A stretch of 64,000 nt of DNA from Camelus dromedarius (taxonomy: Eukaryota), in assembly GCF_036321535.1 (NCBI RefSeq), contig NC_087447.1, positions 32,242,001-32,306,000 on the forward strand, in the 5' to 3' direction. A model generated the notes under the pieces. It saw nothing but the letters and a program-made list of their open reading frames with translations. It did no database searches and had not been told where the DNA came from. This document shows positions 35,876 through 50,092 of this stretch, in pieces. The position numbers were made by a program, and so were the translations under genes. Position 1 is the first letter of the stretch. Each line of letters begins with the position of its first letter.

Positions 35876-36211
35876 TTATGAATAATCATCTCGGTCCTTA
35901 TAAGTGTATGAGTCTTGTACTTCTTCTTGTACAAATTCCTCTTTCTTTTCCCAACCATTGGGCCAACCTCCATTGGCTTGTGTTGTGGCACCGTAAGACT
36001 TGGTGGGACCATAATTTATATAATTTTGAGTGATGTCCCCTGTTTCTTCATCAAGCTCATCTTCGTGGATAAATCCACATTTTTCTTCACTTGTTTCCTC
36101 AGGATCTGCCCAGGGTTGCTTCTCTCCTGAGGCGAATATTGCATAAAATATAACTCCGCCGTAGTGGACTAGGGCAGCGATCAGGAAGACATACTGCCAC
36201 TCTTCACGTGA
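35876..36211 (-). CDS. SLC17A6: VGLUT2 exon 12, coding part ([19 protein letters not shown]...YKDRDDYS*)
   Basis: 336 nt from cag| acceptor to TAA; C-terminus ([17 protein letters not shown], ...DYS) distinguishes VGLUT2 from VGLUT1/3. Confidence 0.98.
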   Translation of the reverse strand, partial: SREEWQYVFLIAALVHYGGVIFYAIFASGEKQPWADPEETSEEKCGFIHEDELDEETGDITQNYINYGPTKSYGATTQANGGWPNGWEKKEEFVQEEVQDSYTYKDRDDYS

Positions 36212-36912
36212 CTGCAGTGACAAAAAGTGGCACTGTGAGAACAACTGCCTGCGTTTGAAAAGCCTAACATCTTCTCTGAAAGTTCCACTATCAAGCTTTT
36301 CATAAAACACTATCTTTAGGGAAATCCTTGCTCTGATTATGTAAGGTCAATATTGTGATAGAAGCTTCTTATAATACTCTGACGTCTATTATTTTTAAAA
36401 AATTTAAAGTTTTAAAATAAAACTCCAAATATATCTATGGTCTGCTAATTTCTAAAATACTAATAATCTCCCTTTTAATTTCCATTGAGTGGCTTATTTT
36501 TTTTCTCACACTTCTTTGGTTTATTTCCTTTTTGTAAGCCATAATTTTCAAGCTCTACATATAAAGACAAATAGCTGATAATGATTTTCTCCTATCAGTT
36601 ACTGCGGAGGTCCACAAGACTTTCATTTGCCTGTTCTAATGAGCTGGGAGGAAAAGGGTTTGTTGTTGTTTTGCCACACTGGGGTTAGCAGAGATATTAA
36701 AAGGTGCTGAAAAGCATATTGCTTATTGGTTAGGGAAGAGGGCTCCCTCAGAGTTCTTGGAGGGAGATTATCTTCTGGGCCTCAATTTTCTCCTCTACTC
36801 AGAGGTGTGGGGACTAGACCACAAAGAGAATGCCAAAGAGAACATATTAGTGCTTTTCTCAACCGTGAGAGAGAATCTTCTACAGATGAACACCTCGTTT
36901 GCTCCATCTTAC

Positions 36913-37040
36913 CTTATTCTTCGTCATTGCACCAACGATAATAGGACAAACCATGCCTGACAATGTGCCAACACCATTTGAGATGCCCATTAAGATACTG
37001 GCGTATCTCGGAGCAATATCCAAGTGGTTAACATTGAAAC
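36913..37040 (-). CDS. SLC17A6: VGLUT2 exon 11 ([43 protein letters not shown])
   Basis: 128 nt, cag| ... |gtaaga; SLC17 motif [10 protein letters not shown]. Confidence 0.97.
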
Positions 37041-37417
37041 CTGAAATGCACACAGAAGAACTGACTCAGAGCATCCCAAAACTCTAAGAAGTGGGAGACT
37101 ATAGACCATCCTCTATCACACTCACCACCCTCCTTAAAAGATACCAGGTTCATAACACATGCTTAATAACTATTTTTAGATAATTTAGCTCAGGGAAATG
37201 TGAATGGAAGGAGGTATAATGTCTTATTCAATGCTTAATATGTAATATTCATTCCACAGAGAGGAAGAGAAAATCAATTTTAAAAAAAAAAAAAAGGAAG
37301 GATAAGCAGGGAGAAAGTCAGTAATGAGTAGTAACAAATGCAAATAATGATTTCTAAATTATCTGGTTTTTTTTATTTTCTAGTGGGAATATGGTGAGTA
37401 AACACTCTGAACAGTCA

Positions 37418-37606
<189 letters not shown>

Positions 37607-37961
37607 TCAGCGAGTCAAAACTTAAAAATCCTCACACTTATTTGACCTAGTAAACCACCTCAGGGAGTCTTTTTTAAAAATAATAATAACAGTAATAATT
37701 TATGCACAGAGATTCCTGAAGCCTTCCTTGTGTTTTAATAAAAACAGCAAAAACAACCTGAAGTTTCAAGGGTAGGAAGGGTAAAGTTAGTTATGCAGTG
37801 ATTTAAAACTAGGAGTTATGAACATTTGAAGGTGGGAGAATGAATATGAGTGAACAATGCAGGCACAAATTTAACAGCAAATTTGATATGCATAGAAAAA
37901 GTTACTAATGTTGGTTAAAACTTGGTTAAACACACGTTCTTAACATCACTAATGTACTTAC

Positions 37962-38094
37962 CACCGCAATTCATGATCTTTCTGACTGTCGTAGTTGAAA
38001 GAATTTGCTTGCTTCTTAGAAAATCTGCAATCTGCCCTCCAATCGGCACAATAATTGTCATTACCAAGTGTGGCACAGCAGATAGCATGCCAAC
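37962..38094 (-). CDS. SLC17A6: VGLUT2 exon 9 ([44 protein letters not shown])
   Basis: 133 nt, cag| ... |gtaagt; inside ORF 37915..38148. Confidence 0.97.
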
Positions 38095-41000
38095 CTGATG
38101 AAAAACAAAAAGGGGAGAAATACACAGGACTGTAAGTAATGTGGGCAATTTAATGGTCTCATAACCTCTTTATGGAAAATGGAAGGAAAAAATACTCTTT
38201 CCAAATGACCACTTACTCATTCCTTGGAGAAGCAATCACTTCCACAGAATAAAAGAGAAAAGTTAGTAAATTTACACTGATTTCTTTCCATCTTCTAGAA
38301 GACAATACTGTTTCTCTGTTATGAGTCAGGAAATGTTGAGTTTATGAGTAAATTATCCTGAATCTTATCACAGGGTGGTTCACATTTATGTGCTCATTTT
38401 ATAGTCTTAAAGACATTTGCAAAAATTCATCATTAGTGAGGGGGGTAGAGAAAGACAGTGATGGAGACAGTCAGAGAGAAGAGAAATACATATGACAAAC
38501 TTTGAAGAGGCTGTATTTCAAAATTCATTTTTTAATTCATAATAAGTCTAAAACCTTACCTGCACTTTAAATGTATATCCCTTACGAATTTTATATTTAG
38601 TTTCTACAGATTAAGAGGCCAGAAAATTCAGATCAATTCTCAATTTTAGGCATTTTCCATGTTAAATATCAATATTTGGTCACATTGTCATACAGCAGTA
38701 TATAGTTTTTATAATAATTTCATACTAAATGGCCCAGTCTAAAATCTAACCTTCCAGCATTAATTCGACACACAGTTCTTCATCAATAATTATGTGTAAG
38801 GCACTGTTCCTAGGGCATTATGGAGGAAGAAATTGTGAATAAAATACATTTAGTTGTATATTACCTCACATATGGACATAGCACATTTTGTAGAAGCAAA
38901 CACATAAGGAAGATTTTTACTGAGTGTAATTCGTAGTGCAATTCCTGGCAATTGGTAAATACTAAATGTTTATTATTTGTATAAATATATCTTTCAAACT
39001 GGATTATTGAAGATTTGAGAAAAGATTCTGTTTTATTTATTTATTATTTATTTTTACAATAAAACCTGTGTGTCATTACCATGGGCTTTGGATGTTTAAT
39101 GCTTAACTGACATATTAAATGACTATACAATAGCTTAAAAGTCCAAGCAATTTAATTCTTTCACTTCAAATGGAAACTTTTTATATTATTATTCTCACTG
39201 CACTGATGCTGTGACTTAGAAGGGTTATGCCATTCTCAAAGGGTTGAGAAGTTTTATGTATGGGCACAGGCTGAGATTATACCTATGTAATATAATATAT
39301 ATTACACATATAATATACATTACATATGTAATATGATATATATATGATAAAATATAATATAATATATAATGACTAAGTCATTGCACTTGTGGTTTTGTCT
39401 GTAGGATACTCAGTTTAAATAAGGTTGGAAAGAATCATCTCCCATCTCCCATGTAAAGATTTTAGTTCACTTAAATTTTGTTGCACTTCTGAAAGATGGT
39501 GTTAATATCTTTGTTTACAGGTAAGATAACTGAGGATGACAATTATTCAAAAACAGGCCCAAGGTTATGTTTCAATAGTCTCTTATAGAGCTTGGATTTG
39601 GAAACCTGTCAGCCAGGATCTGGCTATTTCCTCCATTACTTCCTTTTCACATTTTTCAGGTAAGTCAGTAATCTTTTTTTTTTTTTAACCAGTATAATCA
39701 AAATCTCCAGGCCAATCTGTGTGTGTAGAATTTCTCCAAAATTTTAGTTAAAATATAATAAGTGAATCAAACCAATTCATCTGATTATTATATTTAGTTT
39801 TTATAAAATATCATTGCTTTTACTCAAGCATTTTCAATTAACTGGAGCTACAGGGTCAGGACAACCATACAGTTTTATTAACATCAGTTGGCTCCTTCAC
39901 TCTCCCCCACGAGACCTGACTTTATTAATAGCCTCTCAGTGTCATATTTGTCCTAGATTACGAAAATGGACTCACACCTCCAGCAGCCTTTGCTGAGAAC
40001 TATAACACCTCTCTGAGCCTCCAAAGGCTACCCTGCAATGTTTGATCTGCTCCAGAGAGAAGAGCCCTGTCTAAAGCAAGCCATTCTTCTCAGGAATGGA
40101 GGAAACAGTTTCCTTAGAAACAAGGATTACAAAAGAGCTCTTAGAATAGCTACTCCTAAACTCAGGTTTTCTTCAGTTCCAAGCCTCAGATAGTCTTTCA
40201 AGCAGAGACATAATATGAATAGTGAGCCCAGCTGGACTTATGTAATGACATGGAGAGAAATGGCAAGTCCATGGCCAGTTCAGACAAGAGTATTCAGGAC
40301 TCAGCAGAGGGCTTGGCCCAGAGAGGGAATTCAACAAATACTTGCAAAAGGCTTAAATGAATTATGGTTTACCTGAATTTGCCTGGCAGAGTAAAGGGAA
40401 TTGAAACGTAAATCAAAGGATATGGGCTTAAACTTGATTGCCATTTATTGCCAGGTTGGCCTTAGGCAATTTAAATACTTACCCTAGTTTCTGTTTCTCC
40501 AACATTTCAATAGAAATGATGACAGTTATCCAGCTGGTTAACCAAACAAGGTTGTTCATGCATATGAAATGATTTTGTAAATTTCCAACCCTTATATAAA
40601 TATAAAGCAATATTTTTATGTTCAACTTATCCTTATAGAAAATCTCAAAATGATTATATTTTCATAGCTACAAATAAAAGTCTGTAGCATTTAGCATGGT
40701 CTGCTGCAATTGGTAATTTAATGCTTTTGTCTATATCACCAAGCTGTGAACTCTTGAGGAAAGGAACCACATTTTTATTTCTAAATCTAACACGTAAAGT
40801 TTCACATATCATGTTCAAAGAAAGCTTGCTAAATGAATAAGTTGGATAAACAACATACAAGAATGTTTTCAGATATTTTTGCTACCCTCAAATCTTTCAG
40901 ACAGATTTCTGAGAGCACTGAGGAAGAGTTTGATTGGTAATTATATAAATAGAACTCCATTTTCATAAACATACTTTTCCCATTCACTGTTATATAATCT

Positions 41001-41326
41001 CTGACCTGAGACTTAACAGGAGTTATGTTTATTTACAGGGAAAAGGCTACATTGCTGCCCACCTCAACCAAGATGGAATCTCCATGAGGGCAGAGACTGG
41101 TTTTGTTTTGTCTGTATCCCCAGCAACAAAAAGCAGCTTCTAGCAGGCAGTTGAATGCAGTAGGCACTCAAGCACGTTACTTAGTCTTTGTTTCCCAGAA
41201 GTTATTTGCTGAATGAATAAATTAATAACTCATGATGTTGAGAAGACAAAGTCTTGCCAAAGGCACTCAAGAGCCACTTGAATACAAAAATGATGCTCTA
41301 GTTAAAAAAGGATAATTTTTACATAC

Positions 41327-41476
41327 CTTGCTGATTTCAAATCCAAAGACTTCCTCAAAATATGCTGGCTGACTAATTAGCAGCAAATAAAAAGTCCAGC
41401 TTCTGCAGAAGTTTGCAACAATTATTGCATAGACTGGCATAGATGTAAAAAATTTCCTCCACGGAGTCTTGAATTT
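41327..41476 (-). CDS. SLC17A6: VGLUT2 exon 8 ([50 protein letters not shown])
   Basis: 150 nt, cag| ... |gtatgt; inside ORF 41267..41668. Confidence 0.97.
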
Positions 41477-42859
41477 CTGAAATCCCAAAAAGTGAGCCAT
41501 TATGACCATTTTAAATATTCTCGAACTTAGATGGGAATAACAGATGCTTTGTATTTTCAGGATGTGTATGTTGGGGCATGAGTTGGAGGGAGGCAGAATG
41601 TAGTAGATCATTAATTGCAACAGTCCGGTTAACCTTAGCTGCATGAATAATTGTTGGAAGTGGGGCAAAAAAAACCCATCAGCCTCTCCTTCTGATTAAA
41701 TTGTTTCAGTTTTAGAAACACACAAGATTCTGTATTTATGGAAAAGTAATTCCAGAAGCACAGATCCTAGTTTCCAAGATTTTTCTGTTTTGCTTTGGCG
41801 GCGATAGATCGGGCCTCAGCTAAAACTCACTGCCAAATCGATGACCTTGTTGGCATCCAAAATATTGTATTTAAAATGTTGAAAATTCAATGTAATTAGG
41901 AGGAGAAAAATAGGAAAAATTAAGAATGTGATATTCTGGGCTCTGTCAAAATGCAATGATACCACTACCTATCTACAAGTTCTCTTGACAGCCAGGGCAT
42001 ATCAGTATAAAGTCCGTGACACCGGAGTGCAAAGTCTTGTAAAATTCATGTGGTATACATCTTGGTTAAAGCATTTAGCCACCTGGCACACCATGGGCAT
42101 ATCATAATTAGTTATTTATGATATTCAAGACATTCAAAATTAACCTAAATATGATTGGCTTTGCTTATGACACTCATTAAAAAATTACACCCAGCATACT
42201 TAAAGATCCTATGCATGCCCAGATATAAAATCAAGTATCTTCCTCCAAGACTAATATTTTTCAATCTTAAAGTATCTCTCATAGTTCCAAACACTTTCTC
42301 AATACTTTATTTTGAACACTAAAATGCTGCTCAGTGAAAAAAAGAATAGCCTAATATCCCTTTGTTTAATACTAGCTTGGGATTCTTAACCTGACCAAAT
42401 TAGTAAAAGAGGTAGCAAACTTTTTTACACAGATTTAGAAATTATTCTTGGATGTAGAACCTCATAATTGCTAGCACTGTTTGTGAGTCTATTGAATTTT
42501 TTTAAAGACCACTTTAAAGCAATATGGTAGGAAGTTATATTGTGGCTTTGGATAAAATTTTCTAGTGACAGGATCAGAGATGGGCTCAAAAAGTCCAAAT
42601 TTAAAAACATTTTTGATGTATTCTGAAAAAATGGTGCAAGATGAATATACTTATTTCACAGATAATAAAAATGGCCAAATACGCTAGTGTCTATTCTAGT
42701 ATTATATTTGAATAAAAAATAACTTCAGAACGTTATTAGAAGTAAATAATTTTCTCCTCCTGAGAAAGTATTTTTTAAATTCATACCAGGATTATCTCCA
42801 TTAAGTCATTTTTCCTTTGGTCTGCAAAACAATTCACCAAATGTAAGAGAAAATTGTCT

Positions 42860-43490
42860 AATCACATACTGTAAAAATTTATGGGAGGGAGGCCACAGAT
42901 GGGCACATAGCATTCTGATAATATTCTATTTATTGAACTGGCTATTTGCTTCACAGGTGTGTTTAGTTTATAAAAATTCAGCAAGCTGTTTGCTTATGGT
43001 TTGTAAATTTTTCTGCATGTATGTTATATTTAGTTTTCTAAAGAAAAAAGAGATTAAAAAGACATTACAGTCTACTGTAATCAATATGTGATCCTTAATT
43101 GGATCCAGACTCAAAACAAATAGCTACAAAGACATGAATATAGAATAGGTATTAGGATCTGAATTGGGGGGTCAGAAATTTGAATATGAACTTGGTATTA
43201 GATAATGTCAGGGACTTAGTTTTAGTTGTGTTAGGTATGACAATAGTACTTATATTATGAAGGAGAATATTCTTATTTTTGTAGAGATGCCTGTGAAATA
43301 TTTGTGGGGCAAGGGTTATGATAGCTCACTTACTTTAAAATCATTCAGCAAAAAGAAAAGTGAAACAAACAAGGCAAGACATTAAAAACTTTTGCTTCCA
43401 TGCAGTGGGTCTGTGGATGTTCCTGTGCCCATTCTTTCTGCTGTATATTGAACTTGATCACAATAAAAAGTTCAAAATAACTAAAGTACA
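42860..43490 (+). mobile_element. Ancient L1 (L1MC/ME-like) 3' fragments in SLC17A6 intron 7
   Basis: Degenerate L1 3' UTR motifs. Confidence 0.55.
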
Positions 43491-45154
43491 AGTCACAGTC
43501 CCATTTGATCTCATTTTAAAATTTACTTCAAAGGTACAGGAAGGTAAAAAACAAAAATCAGTAAGAAGTAAAATATTGTGTTTAGAAAAACAATAAGGTC
43601 TAGGAAATGAGGAGTTTAAGACATCTATGCTGTTTTAGCAACCTGCCAATTGTTTTTCCTTGGTTCATTTCCAGAAATTGATTTTCACTTAGACTAAATT
43701 TCTCATTGTTTTAAAAAATTCTTGCCTGACATAGGCACACGATCTCTCAAGAACTTGTAAATAAAAGAAGCATATTTGACTAATGGAGACATGGGCTGAT
43801 CAGATTATTTTTCACTAGAAACTGAAGCTACATATTGAACACACCACATCACCTATATTTAAATTCTGTTCAGAGCAACTGGAGCTGGTGGGCACCAGAG
43901 CACATTGCCAGCCTCCACCCCATTCCCACATCACCACTTGTGTCTTGAGTAGCTACCGTCTGGAAAAAATTATCAGTCCATTTACAGAAGGAAACAGGAA
44001 GGAGAAAGGTCTAATGCCAGTCTATTCAGCTAATGGAGCAACTATAATGTAAGATTTTTTTTTTTTTTTTGAAGTGCTGGTTTAACTTCTAAATGATACA
44101 CAATACAGCATTTTTCTTACATATTGAAGGCCAAGAAGATACCCTCAGCAACACTGGGTGACAGACATTTTCACTTAGGATGAGATGTCAAAGACAAGCA
44201 TTCTCTAACAAATGAAGCAGAGTATCAGAGCTGGAATAAAATACAATCAAAGATGAGGGAAAAGCCTTTAAAAGAAGGAGGAGAAGCCTAATGTACACGG
44301 GGGCATTTGTTCCTTAGCCAGCCCATAGTGCCTTCAACTCTTAGCATAAGGAGATTGGATTACTGATTAGGTGCTGGATTACTGAACCTGTCTAAATACA
44401 TTACTTTTGCTTAAAAGTCATTTTTTGTAGTATCAGATGGCTATTTATTAATTACTATTTATGATCTATTAGTATCACATATGCTAAAAGATTTGCATTG
44501 TTGACATAGAACTGCATTTCTCTCTCCATAGGCAAATCTTGCTGAATAAATCAAATTGGAATCAGAAAAAAACTACATAACATTATGTTTATAATACTTA
44601 ATCTTCATGATAATAATCTTAAAAAATGGTAACATTTTATTAATAAAATGATTATAGTCTAATAAGAATAATTTTCATGTTAGCTACCTATGGTTGGTAT
44701 TCTAATGCCTTAGTATTTACTAAATTATATACAAATACACATGCATAAAACTTACATTTAGGAGAGTCAGTAAACAAAAAATACCCCATTTCATGACTTG
44801 TTAGGTGATTTGGCATTTTCTATAATCTACAATTACTAAATATTGGTTGAATTTGCTTAAATTATGAACCATATTGAACTATTTTCAAAACTTGTTTAGG
44901 TTTACGGTTATAGCTGCTATCCAGGTAAAATTTGAAATGCTTAAGACAAGATAAAGAAAATAAAAAGAAATTATAGATGGAGGAAGTAGCAATCATTTGT
45001 CAGGAAGTCAGGGAATGTGGATGGATTAAAGAAAACAATCATGATTGATACCAAATTACTTTCATTGGACAGGGACTCGTAAAATAGTTTGGTTGGTTGA
45101 AGGGAGGTGAGATGGAGAATAGAATAGGAATATACACCATAATAAAGTTCTTAC

Positions 45155-45297
45155 TTCCATTGCACCTAAAAGATTTGCACTCTCTCCAATGCTTTCTTCT
45201 ATGTACCTACGTTCTTCATCTGTTATAGTAGGATGCTTTGCAGGACTCTCGTAAGACACCAAAAGCCAAAACATGTACCAGATCATCCCAAAGCTTC
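45155..45297 (-). CDS. SLC17A6: VGLUT2 exon 7 ([48 protein letters not shown])
   Basis: 143 nt, cag| ... |gtaaga; overlaps ORF 45062..45286. Confidence 0.97.
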
Positions 45298-46190
45298 CTG
45301 AAAGCAGAAGTTCGAAAGGAGGAAGTCAAGGAAAGCCATCGTAAATACTTCCATTTAAACAGTCATTTGCTAGAATAAGACTACAATAACCTAACAACAT
45401 TCTGTACAGTGTGAATTTGAGCTTGTGTTTCTCCAAATGACTCTGGCCCTCTCTGCTTGTATTTTGCCACTAGGCTTCAAGCATCCTGAAGTATGGTCCT
45501 GTAGTTCTATCTCTTTGTCACTATCAAATAATGGTGATACACAGGAAACTCACTATAATTATCGAATGGTGTGGTTTAGAACATGCACATACATGCAACA
45601 AATTTTTACTGAGCAGTGACTGTTTCAGGCACTCTGCTAAGTGAGAGAAATATTATAAACAAGACAAAATTCCTGTCCTCAAAAAATTTGGCTGGGAGTA
45701 ATGCTTTTATTTTGTCTGTCTTGAATATGTGAGAGTGGTCTGCATTTCCAGGGAAAAGAAATGTTTGCTTCCCTCTCCTGTTAGCACATCCAGATCTAGT
45801 AAACAGACAATTAAATAAAATTTAGAAGGTTATTTTAGCCTGAATGGTTATTGTACATGAGAAATGGGCTTCTGTAATTAATGTGGTAACATTTAACATT
45901 TTATGTGACTGCATACCACATTGCCTACTAAAATCATTGTTCAGGCAGATGAAAGTTATAAATGCCAATATAATAAACTGTTTGCACGTTCTATTTCACC
46001 CCTTTATTTAGCTCTCTCACCATTAAAATATGCCCTTATAGTACAACATAAATCTGAATCATTAATAATAGAAATAATTTCACATAATTTATTCTGGTTT
46101 CCCAGCAACTGGCCATTTCATTTTTGTCTCATACTGTTCTATATTCTCCTGGTAACAACCTAAATGTCCCTGATCTCTCGAATATTGGTT

Positions 46191-46225
46191 TTTGTTTGTT
46201 TGTTTGTTTGTTTGTTTGTTTGTTT
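46191..46225 (+). repeat. (TTTG)8 microsatellite
   Basis: Direct observation. Confidence 0.95.
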
Positions 46226-46344
46226 TGCTTGCTTGTTCAATCTTTAAGAAGTGCTCCTTAATACTACAACTTCTGATGGGCTATGCCAGTTTTAATTACT
46301 GGACATGATAGCAAACACAATTTGGGGTCACACAGTGTGTGAAA

Positions 46345-46600
46345 ATTTAGTATAGGGTGGTGGTTATGGAATATGGCTCTCCCAGATTCAAATCCTGGCT
46401 GTGTCACTCTGAGCTGCATCCTCGAATTAGTAACTAAATCTCTGAAAATCTCCACTATAAAATGAAATAATTCCTTTTCTATGAGACTGTAACAAAGAAA
46501 AGTTAAAGGAGATAATGGGTAAAGTGACAGCACAGTGAATGGCACAAAATAAGCACTCAATGAGTGAGAGTGCTTGTAATCTAGTAATAATTATCATTAC
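46345..46600 (+). mobile_element. MIR SINE
   Basis: Starts tagtatagggtgtggttatggaatatggctct...ttcaaatcctggct; further MIRs at about 33610, 52880, 53620, 54510-55190, 56150, 57950 and 62490. Confidence 0.7.
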
Positions 46601-48037
46601 CACTAACCGAATCTATCTACAGTGCCAGACACTCAGCTAGTTGCTATACATGCATTAATTTTTTTAACTTAAGCCACATGGGTTTTATCTCATTAATTTG
46701 TAAAATATGAATATTGAATGTGTGGCTCAAAGACCAAGTTTTTGTTACACACAGCACATAAGCAAGTACTGTTGTACGGTATTTTCAGATTATCTAATAT
46801 TTAAACTTCATACCATTCGATGATAAATATTATATGAGACATAACTTGAAATAATGAGATTGGTTTTCACGGGTACTTTGTGGAAATTAGTATTCTCACT
46901 TTAACATCACATCATATCTTCAATTCAGTAATGGACTAAGGCTCAAATCAGAGGATTTAATGGATGGCCAGGCCATCCCAATTTGTGCTGTATATGCTAC
47001 ACATAAGTGCTTTAAACCTTTATGTGTTATGGGCCCCTTTAGAAATTAAGTAAAATATATGGATTAAAATCTGATTTAAAAAAAAAAAGACCTTCCTAGG
47101 AAACAAAAATACGGACAATTGCACGTATGGCTCACCATTTAGGGCATTCCTGAATCCAAAACCCGTCCATGGCTTTCGGACTAGAATAAGAGCCCCTACT
47201 GTCAAGTACATTTAATAATATTCTGCAAGCATAAGAGTTTGCCTTGATAAGAATATTTCAAAATGGGAATGGATCATAGCAAATTTGGAAGCAGCCACAT
47301 ACTGCTCTGCTCTGCCACACGACAGCATTAATCTTCCAGGTTCTCCTGCCCATGTCCAAAGATGGTTTTAATCAGTGACAGCATCAGCTGGAATCCAGAT
47401 CTCTTACATTTCTTTTTTCCTCGCTATTAAAAAAGTGTCTTTTAGAGAGAGACTGTAATACTTTCCAGTAATCCAGCTTCTGGTTAGAAAGAGAATAGAA
47501 GGAGTCTGGACTTTGGGTTTCTTGTCATTTTTTCACTTCCACTTGGGGGCTTCATCTTTTTAATTCTGGGGAAAAGCAGATTAAACTGTGCTGCTGCTGG
47601 AGCTGACGGCTAGTATTTCGTCACACAATTGAATCACTGCGTTAGCACTACTGCGACCTTCCAGCTCCCTGCCCCTAACCAGTCTCAGGGAGGCAGGAGC
47701 AGGGAAACGACCGAGAAAGCTGTAGCTGAACAGGGGCTACGAAAAGTGACTATTCAAAAAGGGTGCTGCCTGGCTGCTTCCTCTTAATTAGCTTTGAATC
47801 AAGAGCTAATTTAATTTTTTCATAATCAAGGATAATATATGTTATATATTACAAAGTTTCCATCAGCAATGTGGTTGCTTTTAAAAATGATAAATATTTA
47901 TGTAGGGAAAATCACAGAGATAGGATATTTTCCTTCTCAGAATATAAGGAAAGGATTCCTAATGAAAAAAAATTAGCGAGTAAACACAGAAGTATATTCA
48001 CCAATCTATCACACTGTTTTAAATGCTATTGTATTCC

Positions 48038-48245
48038 TTTTTTTTTTCTTTTTAGTTGAAGTGTAGTTGATTTACAATATTAGTTTCAGGTGCACAGCAA
48101 AGAGATTCAGTTATACATATACATACATACATATTTTTTTCAGATTATTTTTCATTATGTTATTGCATGAAATTGCATATAGTTCTCTGTGCTATACAGC
48201 AGGTCCTTGTTGTTTATCTATTTTATATATAGTAATGTGTATCTG
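48038..48245 (-). mobile_element. L1 3' end (artiodactyl type) in SLC17A6 intron 6
   Basis: Poly-T followed by gttgaagtgtagttgatttacaatattagtttcaggtgcacagcaaagagattcagttatacat. Confidence 0.85.
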
Positions 48246-48283
48246 CATTTCTTTTAACTCTATGGTATAGAAATGCAACATAC

Positions 48284-48370
48284 CATAGACATAGAAAACG
48301 GAAGACCAGCCAGTATACTGTACAAGAATGCCAGCTAAAGGCATTGCAATCACAGCTCCAGCGTAGGAAC
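48284..48370 (-). CDS. SLC17A6: VGLUT2 exon 6 ([29 protein letters not shown])
   Basis: 87 nt, tag| ... |gtatgt; inside ORF 48192..48404. Confidence 0.97.
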
Positions 48371-48599
48371 CTAAAGTAGAAGAGAAAATGGTAAGCGAAA
48401 TCAATGGAAATTCTTGACTTCATCCTAGGTTTCTCAGTTGGCTCACACAAACACACCCTTCCCTTGGGTTCATGCACACTCACACCCACACACACCTGAA
48501 CGCATGTATATGCCTACACACTCAGCCACGAATACAAGACTACACAAGCAAATGTAACCATACTTATCCAAGACAAAAATTAAAAAATAAATAAATAAG

Positions 48600-48850
48600 A
48601 TACTATAATAAAAAAGAAATGTAAAAGACTACAATAAAAATTATTCATGAATATATTCGAAAATCCAGATGAAATTGATAAACCCCTAGAAAAATACAAA
48701 ACACAAGAAGAAAGAGAAGATTTGAGGATCCCAGTGGAGATTAAAGAAATTGGAATAGTGGGTCAAAAACCTCTCCTCACGTACACGCAGACACACACCT
48801 ACAGACACACCCTAAATGGTTTTACAGGTGAGATTTGCCAACTGCAAATT
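48600..48850 (+). mobile_element. Ancient L1 ORF2 remnant in intron 5
   Basis: FENPDEIDKPLEKYK..QEEREDLRIPVEIKEI resembles L1 ORF2 LENLEEMDKFL...QEEVESLNRPIT..EI. Confidence 0.6.
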
Positions 48851-48854
48851 CTTA

Positions 48855-49040
<186 letters not shown>

Positions 49041-50092
49041 TCATCGGAAAATCAGCATATTCCCATCTGTGATACTGTTTCTTTAGAACTGCACAAGGTG
49101 TTAGGGAAAGCTGCTACTCATGGGCCTTTCTTTGCTGATTCCCTGAAATTCCATTTTAAAAACATCCAACCCAGACCAGGTAAGTCATGGCCTCTTTTCG
49201 GTAACCTGTTTAAATTCTCCCCACCCTCCAGTCTTCCTTCCACCTCAATTTTCTTCTGATTAAGTGCAAAGGAAAGACCTTATATTACTCAGTTCATCTT
49301 AAATTCTGAACACTGTGGGAAATTTGGGAGACCCTTTTGTGAGGTGTTAAACTCAGTGATTCCCAAATATAAAATAATCCATAAAAGGAATGTGAAATGT
49401 AGATTCTTGAAGGTCCTATTTCCTGAAAATAGTGTCTAGAAATTAAGACCTTTAACACAATTATCCTTTTTCTATTATTTTGATCCTATCATTTTCTCTT
49501 TTTAGAGAGGCAGGAAATTGTTTTCAGTGTCTTATTATATTCTCTGACTTATCTACTCCCACCATAATCCAAGGAAAAAGAAGAGGGAACAGACACAGCA
49601 CTCTCAAGTTTTTAAATAGTACTCTTTCAAAGGCTAAAGGCCAATGAAGCAAAAGTCAATCATTAGAGTTAAATGCTCAGATAATACATTCAATGAAATA
49701 TTTTAGTGAAAACTCAAATCATGATTCAAGGCCACAGGGACTGGGTATAAAACTCCCCAAAGGTATTAATTCAGTGTTATCACCAGCAAAGGACGGACTC
49801 AAAATTCTTATCACAGCACACTAACAAAAGTGCCATTTTTTTTTTTTAGGTCAAATAGTCACTAAACATTTCTTTAACACTGCTCAAGTCTAGAGAACAG
49901 GGGTAAGCAGTCACAGTTGTAGTGTGTCACCACTCAAAAGCAAAATATCTAATTGGTTAACTTTTCCATTTTTTCAACACTCAGTAGACACAATCTAATA
50001 AAATATAGTTGTGTATAGATCAGGACAAAGATGATCTTCTGATTCTTATGAGCATGCCGACCTTAAGATGACATCCCCCTGCAGTTCCGTAC

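Noticed and set aside
39285..39370. AT-rich TAATA/TATA quasi-repeat as a functional element
   Set aside because: Ordinary low-complexity sequence.
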